64,000 bases of DNA from Candidatus Omnitrophota bacterium (lineage in GTDB: Bacteria > Omnitrophota > Gorgyraeia > Gygaellales > JAQTUX01), in assembly GCA_028707125.1 (NCBI GenBank), contig JAQTUX010000001.1, forward strand, positions 1,130,438 to 1,194,437. The letters are read 5' to 3'. Of this stretch, positions 44,276-53,264 are shown one piece after another. Within the stretch, counting starts at the first letter, position 1. The number at the start of each line of letters is the position of its first letter. Position numbers and translations under genes: made by a program. A model generated the notes under the pieces. The model searched no databases and was not told where the DNA came from. It saw only the letters and a list, made by a program, of their open reading frames with translations.

Positions 44276-45547
44276 TCATATTTTCCTGAATACCACCGCC
44301 GCGTTGAAGCCGGCGAAGCCGCAGGCGGTTTTTACAACAGTCCTGAGATTGATTCTTGTGAATTCCCTTACGGGAGTAATATTCAGCTTAGGATCCGGTA
44401 TGCCGCAATTTAATACCGGAGGCACCAGGTTATTTTCTAAAGATAAAAGCAAGATCGCGGTTTCCAACAAAGCGGTGCTGCCTAAATTGTGGCCCACATA
44501 GGGTTTGAATGCCGTGATAAGCGGCCTTTTGGGGTTTTTGCCGAACACGGCGGTGATCGCCTTTGCCTCGTATGCGTCGGTAACAGGCGTGGCAACTCCG
44601 TGAGGCACTATTAAATCCACCTTCTTTTTATTGACGCGCGCGTTTTTTATGGCGCCTTCAATGACGCCTTTATATGAATCGCTGGTCATATCCGGCACGG
44701 AAATCTTCCAGCCCTCCATATGGAAGGCGCCGCCGGCATACTCCGCGTATATACGCGCTCCCCTCTTTTTAGCGCTCTTTAAATCCTCCAATACGATGCC
44801 TGCTCCGCCGTCGCCTAAGACAAACCCGTCCCTGTTTTTGGCGAACGGCTTTATCAATCCGTCCCGCGCGTACATACCCAGGCGCCTGAACCAGGATTGC
44901 TTAAAAATGCTCGGCCTGTCAGCCGCCGCCACGATCACGGAGTCGCATTTACCGCTCTTTATGATGCCTGCCCCTGCCTCAAGCGCGTACAGGCCTGAAG
45001 CGCAGGCATTGTTTACAAATAAAGAGTAGCCGTGAATACCCAGCGCCTTTGCCGCGTAATATAAGAATACAAATGTCTGTAGATCGTGCCCTCTTTTGGC
45101 GAACCCTTCGTTGATACCTTTGAAAAACCCAAGCTTATTCTCCTGCTTTAATTTATAAAACTCATCTACTACATCAGTATAGAATTCATCCAGGCCGGGA
45201 TTCTCATGCGCGAGGACCAAGCCGATCCTGTTTCCGTCAATCTCTGTATGGCTGTCATCCAGGGCAAGCTTCGCCGCTGCTATAAGGTAAAACAAATCCT
45301 GCGGCTCTCTCCCGTCTTTCCACTGCCGGATATCCGCTAAGACCTGCTTATCAATATTGAAATTGCCGATATTAAAATCCTTGATCTTATGCGCAAAATA
45401 TTTATCGATCAATGTGCCGTCCAGAGAGAACTCTTCCTGCGTAAGGCCTGTGTCCCTGTTCAACACAGAATGCCAGACATTATCCCTGCCCGCGCCTATC
45501 GCCGATAACGGCCCTAAACCAGTTATGACAACTCGTTTATCCTTCAT
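44276..45547 (-). CDS. Beta-ketoacyl-ACP synthase (KAS I/II family; catalytic Cys present)
   Basis: NACASGL active-site Cys. VPHGVATP and VGHNLGSTA His positions are retained. Confidence 0.75.
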   Translation of the reverse strand: MKDKRVVITGLGPLSAIGAGRDNVWHSVLNRDTGLTQEEFSLDGTLIDKYFAHKIKDFNIGNFNIDKQVLADIRQWKDGREPQDLFYLIAAAKLALDDSHTEIDGNRIGLVLAHENPGLDEFYTDVVDEFYKLKQENKLGFFKGINEGFAKRGHDLQTFVFLYYAAKALGIHGYSLFVNNACASGLYALEAGAGIIKSGKCDSVIVAAADRPSIFKQSWFRRLGMYARDGLIKPFAKNRDGFVLGDGGAGIVLEDLKSAKKRGARIYAEYAGGAFHMEGWKISVPDMTSDSYKGVIEGAIKNARVNKKKVDLIVPHGVATPVTDAYEAKAITAVFGKNPKRPLITAFKPYVGHNLGSTALLETAILLLSLENNLVPPVLNCGIPDPKLNITPVREFTRINLRTVVKTACGFAGFNAAVVFRKI

Positions 45548-46754
45548 ATTTTTTAAACACTACTGTCGCGTTGTTGCCGCCGAAGGCAAAGCCGTTGTTC
45601 AATGCCACCCTCACAGCGGCTTTCCTCGCCTTATTGGGAACACAGTCAATATCACATTCCGGATCAGGGGTCTCAAAATTTATGGTCGGAGGCACAATAC
45701 CTTCTTTTATGGCAAGGCAGCAGGCAGCTGATTCAATGGCAGACGCCGCGCCCATAGGATGGCCCAGCATTGATTTTATGGAACTGACCATTACCTCTTT
45801 ATATCGCTCTTTTAATACCTGTTTGATCGCCTGGCATTCCACCTTATCGTTCAAAGGCGTGCCTGTGCCGTGCGCGCTGATGTAATCCACGTCCTTATAA
45901 CCGATACCGGATTCTTTGAGCGCCTTCTCCATCGCCCTGGCGATGCTTTGCGGCTCAGGGGCGGTAGCGTGATAGGCGTCGCAGGAAAGGCCGTATCCCA
46001 GGACCTCCGCGTAGATATCGGCGCCTCTTTTAAGGGCGGAATCAAGGTTTTCAAGAAGGACTATACCGGAGCCCTCTCCCAGTATCATACCCTTTCTGTT
46101 CTTGTCAAACGGCTGGCATTTCTCAGGCGCCATCGCGTAAATGCGCTGGAAGCCGGCAAATGCCACGTGAGAGAAAGCGTCAGAGCCGCCTGCCAGGGCG
46201 TAATCAAGCGCCCCGCTCCTGATCAAATCAGAGCCGTAGCCGACGGCGTAGTTGCCCGCGGCGCAGGCAGTGGGAAAGAGGAAATTCTCTCCCTGCGCCT
46301 TGAACTGCAGAGCAACGTTGGCGGAAATGTTGTTCACCGACGCCTGCATTATCTTCTGCCGGTCAAGTTCCTTCAAGCCGCCTTTAGCCCATACCTCTAT
46401 CAATTCCTCCAATGGCTTCTCCCCGGTGGTAGTGCCTACCAATACGCCTGTTTTCTTCTTAGGCATATCAGCAGCGGCCAATCTCGCGTCCTCCAAAGCC
46501 AGCGTAGACGCGGCGATCGCCAATTGCGACGCCTTCCCCAGGAATTTGACCTTTCTTTTGGGGATGAAAGATTTCGGATTAAAATTTTTTACCTCTCCCC
46601 CATTATGGCACTTGAGGATGCTGGTATCAAGGGAGGTGACTTCGCTTATGCCGGATTTACCGCTGATGACAGACCTCCAGAACTCCTCTCTTCCTATGCC
46701 CACAGAAGAAACTATGCCTATGCCGGTTACAACTATGCGCCTATTGCTTTTCAT
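45537..46754 (-). CDS. fabF: Beta-ketoacyl-ACP synthase II-like (FabF family)
   Basis: PTACAAGNYA Cys. SAHGTGTPLND and IKSMLGHPMGAAS His motifs. Confidence 0.75.
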   Translation of the reverse strand: MKSNRRIVVTGIGIVSSVGIGREEFWRSVISGKSGISEVTSLDTSILKCHNGGEVKNFNPKSFIPKRKVKFLGKASQLAIAASTLALEDARLAAADMPKKKTGVLVGTTTGEKPLEELIEVWAKGGLKELDRQKIMQASVNNISANVALQFKAQGENFLFPTACAAGNYAVGYGSDLIRSGALDYALAGGSDAFSHVAFAGFQRIYAMAPEKCQPFDKNRKGMILGEGSGIVLLENLDSALKRGADIYAEVLGYGLSCDAYHATAPEPQSIARAMEKALKESGIGYKDVDYISAHGTGTPLNDKVECQAIKQVLKERYKEVMVSSIKSMLGHPMGAASAIESAACCLAIKEGIVPPTINFETPDPECDIDCVPNKARKAAVRVALNNGFAFGGNNATVVFKKYEG

Positions 46755-47190
46755 TGTTCTTTATTTTAACGGCAAACGATGTGGTGCTCTTAGCCACTAC
46801 CCTATCCCCCACCCTTGCCGTTGTTTCTATTACCCCGCCTTTGTCTATGATCTTTACATTAACCGCTTCCAATATTAACGTATCGCCGGGATATACGGGA
46901 GACAAAAATTCCGCTTTTACCTTCGCCAGATAATAATCCGGATTCGTTTGGGCGATCTCCGGCTTCTTTGTGTAATAAAGCACTATTGACGCCTGCGCCA
47001 TCGCCTCAATGATCAGCACGCCCGGCATTATCGGTTTACCCGGAAAATGCCCTCTGAAGAAATCCTCTTTTGGGTCAAGGAATCTCCTGGCTACGATGCG
47101 CCTGCCTTCTTCCACCTCAATGACCTCGTCAATGAAGAGGAACGGCTCTCGCTGCGGCAATATGCTTTTGACCTTTTCCTTGTCCCACAT
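46741..47190 (-). CDS. fabZ: 3-hydroxyacyl-ACP dehydratase (FabZ-like hot-dog)
   Basis: HFPGKPIMPGVLIIEAMAQ motif. 149 aa. Confidence 0.8.
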   Translation of the reverse strand: MWDKEKVKSILPQREPFLFIDEVIEVEEGRRIVARRFLDPKEDFFRGHFPGKPIMPGVLIIEAMAQASIVLYYTKKPEIAQTNPDYYLAKVKAEFLSPVYPGDTLILEAVNVKIIDKGGVIETTARVGDRVVAKSTTSFAVKIKNNEKQ

Positions 47191-47198
47191 ATTTATTA

Positions 47199-47432
47199 TT
47201 ACCCCTTTAACTGCCTTGCCATCTCAATTATTTTATTCAGCGTCCTTGCCTTTGGTATCTGGTCTTCAGGCACGACTATCTTGAGCTTCCTTTCGATTGC
47301 CGCCACAATCTCAAGCGACTTCATTGAATCAACTTCCATATCGGCAAAGTCCTTATCGGGCTCAATCTCATTTGCCGGGATCTCAATGATCTCCGATACT
47401 AATTGTGTTATCTGGTTTACCAATTCGTCCAT
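47199..47432 (-). CDS. Acyl carrier protein
   Basis: 77 aa with phosphopantetheine site DMEVDSMKSLEIV. Confidence 0.7.
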   Translation of the reverse strand: MDELVNQITQLVSEIIEIPANEIEPDKDFADMEVDSMKSLEIVAAIERKLKIVVPEDQIPKARTLNKIIEMARQLKG

Positions 47433-47443
47433 ACAAATCCTCC

Positions 47444-48667
47444 TTAGTATTTACCGATCAAACACGACGCGTTATTCCCGCCGGGGGCGAAGTTATTTAT
47501 AAGCACGGCGCCTACTTTCCGCTCTCTGCATTTATTAGGCACATAATCCAGATCGCACTCGGGGTCCCTTTCTTCGTAATTGATCGTGGGCGGCAGAAAA
47601 CCCTCTGATATCGCTCCCACCGAAGCCGCGACCTGCAGGATGCCGGAGGCGCTTACCGGCTCGCCTATCATTGACTTGATGGAGCTCACTGCCACATCCC
47701 CGGCACTGTCTCCGAAGATCTCCTTGATAGCCTCGGTCTCCAGGCGGTCGTGCTGGAGCACGGAATTTGCCGACGCGCAGATATAGCCGATGTCCCGCGG
47801 CCGCAGGCCCGCGTCCTTGATAACGCCTGTCATAGTCCTTTTCAGGCCTTCAGCGCGAGGATGATACTTTCCGCTGCGGTAGGCGTCAAAGAGCGTCGCG
47901 GCGGCAAGCGCCCGCGCGTAGATACGGGCGTTCCTCGCCCTGGCATGTTCCTCATCCTCAACTATCACTACGCCTGCCCCCTCTCCCAGGATTATGCCGT
48001 TCCTCCTTTTGTCAAACGGACACGAGGCCTCAATGCCTTTAATGCCTGCCAGAAAGCCGATCTTGTAAAATCCCACAAAACTCTGAAATGACAAGCCATC
48101 AACCCCACAGACCAATACAGCCTTGGCGCGGCCAAGGCGTATGAAATCAAGCGCGTATTTCAACGCGTCCAGCCCTGCCGTGTAACCGGTGGAGACGGTA
48201 GTGTTGAACCCCTTGATATTGTAACGGATGGATACCTGGCTGGAAGGGGCGTTGATCGTCGTGCCCGGGAACATAGCGGGATTTACGAACTGGGCGCCCT
48301 CCTGCGCGATCTCCTTGCCGAATTCGGCAACATTCCATATTGAAGATAACGTGGTTGCCGTTACCACACCCATGTCATGGGTATTCTCTTCGTTGATCAC
48401 AAGCCCCGAATCATCCAGCGCCATCTTTACCGCCGCGCAAAGAAACCTGGTGCTCCTGTCCATATTCCTGATACCCTTCGCGCCCAGGAACTTCTCCGCC
48501 TCAAAACCGCTGATCTCGCCGGCGAGCTTGGTCTTAAAGAACCCCGTTTCAAAAGAGGTTATCGGCTTGACGCCTGAACGGCCGGCTCTTAATGCCTGCC
48601 AGAATTCATCTTTGCCGATCGCGTTCGGCGCGACAACCCCGATCCCCGTGATCACTATCTTCTTCAT
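47444..48667 (-). CDS. Ketosynthase-like protein lacking the catalytic Cys and second His (chain-length-factor-like)
   Basis: KAS fold throughout, but the active-site position reads VSTGYTAGL (no Cys) and the KSMIGEPVSASG position has Glu for His. Confidence 0.65.
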   Translation of the reverse strand: MKKIVITGIGVVAPNAIGKDEFWQALRAGRSGVKPITSFETGFFKTKLAGEISGFEAEKFLGAKGIRNMDRSTRFLCAAVKMALDDSGLVINEENTHDMGVVTATTLSSIWNVAEFGKEIAQEGAQFVNPAMFPGTTINAPSSQVSIRYNIKGFNTTVSTGYTAGLDALKYALDFIRLGRAKAVLVCGVDGLSFQSFVGFYKIGFLAGIKGIEASCPFDKRRNGIILGEGAGVVIVEDEEHARARNARIYARALAAATLFDAYRSGKYHPRAEGLKRTMTGVIKDAGLRPRDIGYICASANSVLQHDRLETEAIKEIFGDSAGDVAVSSIKSMIGEPVSASGILQVAASVGAISEGFLPPTINYEERDPECDLDYVPNKCRERKVGAVLINNFAPGGNNASCLIGKY

Positions 48668-49407
48668 CGCATTATCATTCCGCCGTCAATGATTATGACC
48701 TGTCCTGTAATGAATCCCGCCTTATCGCTAAGCAGAAAACTCACCAGTTTTGCCACTTCCTCCGGCCTGCCAAACCTGCCCAGAGGGATCTTCTTCAGCA
48801 TCTCTTCTCTGTATTTCTCCTTCAACTCCTTCGTCATATCAGTTTCAATGAACCCGGGCGCGACCGCGTTTACCCTTATGTTGTAGGCAGCAACTTCCCG
48901 CGCCAGCGCCCTGGTAAATCCGATCATCCCTGCCTTCGCGGCTGCATAATTGGTCTGGCGAGGCATGCCGGATATGCCTGTCACCGAAGCAACATTGACA
49001 ATATCGCCGCTTTTCTGTTTTACCAACGTAATTATCGCGGCATTCGTAAGGTTAAACACCCCGTTTAAATTGGTGTCTATCACCTTGTGCCAGTCATCCT
49101 TAGCCATAAGCGCCAGCGCCTTGTCGTTGGTGATGCCGGCGTTGTTAATGACGATATCCAGCGCGCCGAAATATTCCTTTGTATCCTTGACCCACTGCTT
49201 CACCGCTTCAAGATCCCTGATGTCCACCCGGTATGCCTTTGCCTTTACGCCCAAAGACGCGATCTCTTTTTCAAGCTCAACGGCGGTATCCACGCTTTGC
49301 AGGTAATTGAACGATACATTGGCGCCGCCTTTGGCCAACTCCAGAGCGATAGCCCTGCCTATGCCGCGCGTGCCTCCGCTTATAATGGCTGTCCTGCCTT
49401 TAATCAT
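48664..49407 (-). CDS. fabG: 3-oxoacyl-ACP reductase (SDR, FabG-like)
   Basis: TAIISGGTRGIGRAIA, NNAG, YAAAKAG SDR motifs. Confidence 0.8.
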   Translation of the reverse strand: MIKGRTAIISGGTRGIGRAIALELAKGGANVSFNYLQSVDTAVELEKEIASLGVKAKAYRVDIRDLEAVKQWVKDTKEYFGALDIVINNAGITNDKALALMAKDDWHKVIDTNLNGVFNLTNAAIITLVKQKSGDIVNVASVTGISGMPRQTNYAAAKAGMIGFTRALAREVAAYNIRVNAVAPGFIETDMTKELKEKYREEMLKKIPLGRFGRPEEVAKLVSFLLSDKAGFITGQVIIIDGGMIMR

Positions 49408-49780
49408 TGCCCAGGTTCCTTTTGACCTTATCGATCAGCTCGGTTATATCAAAGGGCTTAAATATATAATCCGCGACCTTCAAATCCAGCGCCTCTTTAT
49501 ATTTGCTCTCATCGGCGTAACCGGTGATCAGTATTTCGGGCACGGGTTTCTTGCCTGCCTCCTTCAAATAATCCCGGATCCGCCTGATCGTCTCTATCCC
49601 GTCTATATCGGGCATCCTGATATCGGAAATGATAAGATGGAAGTCCACTTTTTTGACCTCCTCTATCGCCTCTTTTCCGCTCTTTACCACTGTCGCGTTG
49701 TGGCCCTGGCTGCTGAGTAATTTACGCAAACTTTTAACTATCAGCTCATCATCATCAATGACTAAGATGTTCTTGCTCAT
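49400..49780 (-). CDS. Single-domain response regulator (CheY-like)
   Basis: ILVIDDDEL...IISDIRMPDIDGIE. Paralog of 38931..39317. Confidence 0.8.
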   Translation of the reverse strand: MSKNILVIDDDELIVKSLRKLLSSQGHNATVVKSGKEAIEEVKKVDFHLIISDIRMPDIDGIETIRRIRDYLKEAGKKPVPEILITGYADESKYKEALDLKVADYIFKPFDITELIDKVKRNLGND

Positions 49781-49783
49781 CGG

Positions 49784-51964
49784 CTACCTCCCCTTGCCGG
49801 CGTCCGCCGCGTTTGCTGCCGGTAATCTGACAGTAACAACCGTCCCCTTATTCAACTCGGAATCAATGCTGATCGTGCCTTTGTGCTTTTCAACAATGGA
49901 CTGGCATATGGAAAGGCCCAGCCCCAGCCCCTTTCCCACGTCCTTGGTAGTGAAAAAAGGGTCAAAGATCTTCCGTTGTATATCCCTGGATATGCCTGTG
50001 CCTTCATCCTCCACGGCTATCGCGACCCATTTGCCGTTCCTGGATAATGTTACGCGGATGTCCCCGCTTTTCTTTATCTTCCTTATGGCGTCCCTGCCGT
50101 TTAAGATTATATTGGTCAATACCTGTTCCAGTTCGTTGGGATTGCCCTTGACAACATAGCCGTCCTTCTTAAGGTCGGCGACGATCCTGACGTTCTCCTG
50201 TTCCAGCTGATAGCCGATAAAACTCATCACGCTCTTGAACACATCCGACAGATCCACTTCGGAAAAATCTACCGCTTCAAGCGGCTTCCTGCCGTAGGCC
50301 ATCAGCTTCTGCACGATCGTGCGGCACCTCCTGGTCGCCTCTTCTATGATCTCAAGGGACTCCCTGTCCATCCCTGTATCTACGGCTAAAAGCATCTGGA
50401 CGTTGGTCAGTATCGCCGCCAGAGGATTGTTGATCTCATGCGCCACGCCGCCTGCCAGAGTACCTACCGTCGCCAGTTTCTCCGCCTGGACCAGCTGTTT
50501 CTGCACCTCAACCAGCTCCCTGGTCCTCTGCCTGACCTGATCTTCTATGTTCTCATACAAGAGGGCGTTCTCAATGGCTAAAGCGGCCTGGCTTGCCAGA
50601 ACAGAAAAGGCATTCAGATCTTCCTGCGTATAGGTCTTCTCAGAAAGCTTGTCCCCCAATATAAGAAAACCCAGCAGCTTATCTTCCGAAAAGCTGGGCA
50701 CGACTACGGCGGCGTCCAAAAGTTCCAACTGTTTTTCCAAACTCTCAAGCCCGGAATCAACATCTTCTTCTGTTTCCCGCTTTATTTCTTCGTGCACTAT
50801 CGGCTCGCGCCCGTCTTCAAGGCATTTGATCAACCGGGTTTCTCTGCCTATGGACGCGGGCTGACCCTGTTTCAAATTCCCCCCCGCCTTCAAAACAAAC
50901 TTTCCGCCTTCTTTATCATATAAATATATCGCCGAATGAGAAATATGGACGTTCTGAATGACAATATTCACGAAAAAATGCAATAACTCCTGCAGGCTGT
51001 GGATCCGGGTCATCCCCATCCCCGCCTGCTTTAAGATCTCCTGATAACGCCTCTGCTCCTTAAGCAGGCCTTCTTCGGCTTTACGCTGCAGGTAAATATA
51101 AACCAGGGTGGCAACCGTAGCCAGGACCGCTATTGAACCCGACGGCAGTATCCACCAATTTACCCCGAAATTAGCGACGAAGAGGTCCTTAAGCCGCAAA
51201 GCCAGGGCAAAAGGTATACCCAAAAGCAAGGTATAAACCGCTATAAAGATCCCTGTGCGGGTAATGGCGACCTTTATATCCATAAGACGGTAGCGGAGTA
51301 TGGCGTAAGTGACCATAAAGAAGTATAAGGGGACGGTAAAGTTCAAAATGGGATAAAGGTTCAGGCCGAAACAGGGCAGGAAAGACGTCCCCCCGCCCGC
51401 GAAGCCCAAAGCGGCGGCAGAGAGAAAATACTTGATCTGATCGCGCTTCAGGCCGCTCATCTTTTTATAATTTATTACCAGTTCAATATGGCCGTACAGC
51501 ACCAGTCCGGCAAAGTAAAAGATGACGAACAGATAAAGCAGCGGCCCGCCGGGATAAACAAAATATACCGGCTTGACCCACTTCAAGTCCGTAAAATATA
51601 AGGTACAGCTATTGATAAAAAGGCCCTTAAAGAAAATGTCGGATACCAGGAATATAACAGCCCATAACCCTAAGAATCTGATAAAAAGAGGATGTTTAAT
51701 GTGCAGGAATTCATAAATAAGGTATACAAATGAGAACGGTATTAAAATGATCCCCACATAAGCGAACTGCCACCAGAAAAATGCCTCTGACGCGCTTTCG
51801 GCGTGGCTGACCATAAATGCCCCGAACCCGTAAAAAGAGGTAGCGAAAGCAAAAATAGACCACTTCCTGGCCAGTTTAGTCCTGTAGCCTTTGACATAGA
51901 CAAAGACCGCCATGGATAGACTGGTGATCGCCGTTAATATACTGGATATGCCGTAAAGGTTCAT
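49784..51964 (-). CDS. Sensor histidine kinase (7TM N-domain, GAF, HisKA, HATPase_c)
   Basis: N-terminal 7TM. HisKA VAHEINNPLAAI. ATPase DEGTGI...GLGLGL. Paralog of 39328..42231 with a single 7TM unit. Confidence 0.8.
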   Translation of the reverse strand: MNLYGISSILTAITSLSMAVFVYVKGYRTKLARKWSIFAFATSFYGFGAFMVSHAESASEAFFWWQFAYVGIILIPFSFVYLIYEFLHIKHPLFIRFLGLWAVIFLVSDIFFKGLFINSCTLYFTDLKWVKPVYFVYPGGPLLYLFVIFYFAGLVLYGHIELVINYKKMSGLKRDQIKYFLSAAALGFAGGGTSFLPCFGLNLYPILNFTVPLYFFMVTYAILRYRLMDIKVAITRTGIFIAVYTLLLGIPFALALRLKDLFVANFGVNWWILPSGSIAVLATVATLVYIYLQRKAEEGLLKEQRRYQEILKQAGMGMTRIHSLQELLHFFVNIVIQNVHISHSAIYLYDKEGGKFVLKAGGNLKQGQPASIGRETRLIKCLEDGREPIVHEEIKRETEEDVDSGLESLEKQLELLDAAVVVPSFSEDKLLGFLILGDKLSEKTYTQEDLNAFSVLASQAALAIENALLYENIEDQVRQRTRELVEVQKQLVQAEKLATVGTLAGGVAHEINNPLAAILTNVQMLLAVDTGMDRESLEIIEEATRRCRTIVQKLMAYGRKPLEAVDFSEVDLSDVFKSVMSFIGYQLEQENVRIVADLKKDGYVVKGNPNELEQVLTNIILNGRDAIRKIKKSGDIRVTLSRNGKWVAIAVEDEGTGISRDIQRKIFDPFFTTKDVGKGLGLGLSICQSIVEKHKGTISIDSELNKGTVVTVRLPAANAADAGKGR

Positions 51965-53235
51965 TTCAGCCGTTTAGCGAATCTTTTAGCAAGCGCGATT
52001 ATAGTCAAGATGGGCGGCACTCCGGGGCTTTTCGGCAATACGCTCGCGTCGCAGACAAAAAGCCTTTTTATCCGCGTTTCCAGTTCCCTGTCAACCACCT
52101 CGTCTATGGCCGCCGTGCCGCCGGGATGCGCCCCGCGTACCTTTGTCACGGCTATCGTGCGCGGCAGGCATCCTGCCTCAAGCAATATCCTGCCTGAGAT
52201 CTCGGCGCCCTTATTCAATTTGGACAAATCAGCAGGGGTCAACGTTTTCTCCACTACCCCGTCTTTACGCACGCCGCCTTGCGGATCATCGTCTATCTTT
52301 GTCATAATCCCGAGCATCCTGTCTCTATGCCTGAATTTCAGAATGTGCCTGAAAGGCGAAACGGATACGTAGGCAAGCGCGCAGTCAATAAAGGGTGACA
52401 AAAGAAAACCGTCCTGTATATTCACCGCCGCCATCGTTACTTCTTTATCCATTCCTGTGTCTTTAGTCAGCCCGATAGTGACGTTAAAAAGGTCTAAAAA
52501 CAATTTCCTGCCTGCCTCTATCCCTGAATTCTGCAAGATCACCGGCGTGCCGATGCCTCCCGCCGCCAGGATCACTGTGTTGGCGCGTATCTCTATCTTT
52601 CTTCCCGCCCTGCCGCGGCCTTCTACTCCCGCGGCCCTGCCTTCGGAAACAAGGACTTTAGTAATATCAGCGCCCGCGAGCAAAGAAGCGCCGTTGTCCC
52701 GCGCCTCTTTCAAATAAGTAAGCGCACTCCATCTTGCCGTAGTGCGGCAGCCCAGCACACAGTTGCCGCAAGAAACGCATTTCCTGAAATCAATGATCTT
52801 CGGCATAGGCATCATCTTAAAACCGAGTTTATCCGCCGCATCCATGATCCTTTTCGTGCCTCTGCCTATAAACCTGTCCGGCACCGGCGTGACAGCGAGT
52901 TCCTTTTCGGCCTCAAGGAACTCCTGCGTCAGATCCATGCCCAGGTTCTTGAATTCCGCCTCAAGCCCCCTGACGCCGTTACCGCAGCTGACAAGGGAGG
53001 TGCCGCCTACTGCTATGGAACGATAAAAGAAAACCCCTTGCCTGCTCCTGCTCAACAGGCCTAACCTATCGTACAGGTTGACTGCCGCGTAAAATTGCGA
53101 ACCGAATTTCTTCCGAGCCAGATCAGGGCCCTTCTCCACGACCAGGACCTTCCTGCCGTTCTTCGCCAGCTCTCTGGCTAAAGTTGACCCTGCTACACCG
53201 GAACCAACGATGACAATATCGCTATCCATCCTCAT
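51961..53235 (-). CDS. GMC-family FAD-dependent oxidoreductase
   Basis: DIVIVGSGVAGSTLARELAKNGRKVLVVEKG. C-terminal GMC-type HPGGTAAI...FVCDASVLP motifs. Confidence 0.65.
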   Translation of the reverse strand: MRMDSDIVIVGSGVAGSTLARELAKNGRKVLVVEKGPDLARKKFGSQFYAAVNLYDRLGLLSRSRQGVFFYRSIAVGGTSLVSCGNGVRGLEAEFKNLGMDLTQEFLEAEKELAVTPVPDRFIGRGTKRIMDAADKLGFKMMPMPKIIDFRKCVSCGNCVLGCRTTARWSALTYLKEARDNGASLLAGADITKVLVSEGRAAGVEGRGRAGRKIEIRANTVILAAGGIGTPVILQNSGIEAGRKLFLDLFNVTIGLTKDTGMDKEVTMAAVNIQDGFLLSPFIDCALAYVSVSPFRHILKFRHRDRMLGIMTKIDDDPQGGVRKDGVVEKTLTPADLSKLNKGAEISGRILLEAGCLPRTIAVTKVRGAHPGGTAAIDEVVDRELETRIKRLFVCDASVLPKSPGVPPILTIIALAKRFAKRLK

Positions 53236-53264
53236 CAGCCACCCCTCTTAAGATATCCCGCGCT

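Noticed and set aside
45870-46769. 299-aa plus-strand ORF
   Set aside because: It lies entirely antisense to the FabF-like KS gene (45537..46754), which has strong family motifs. The plus-strand translation is low-complexity, Arg/Gly-rich, with no recognisable motif. Shadow ORF.
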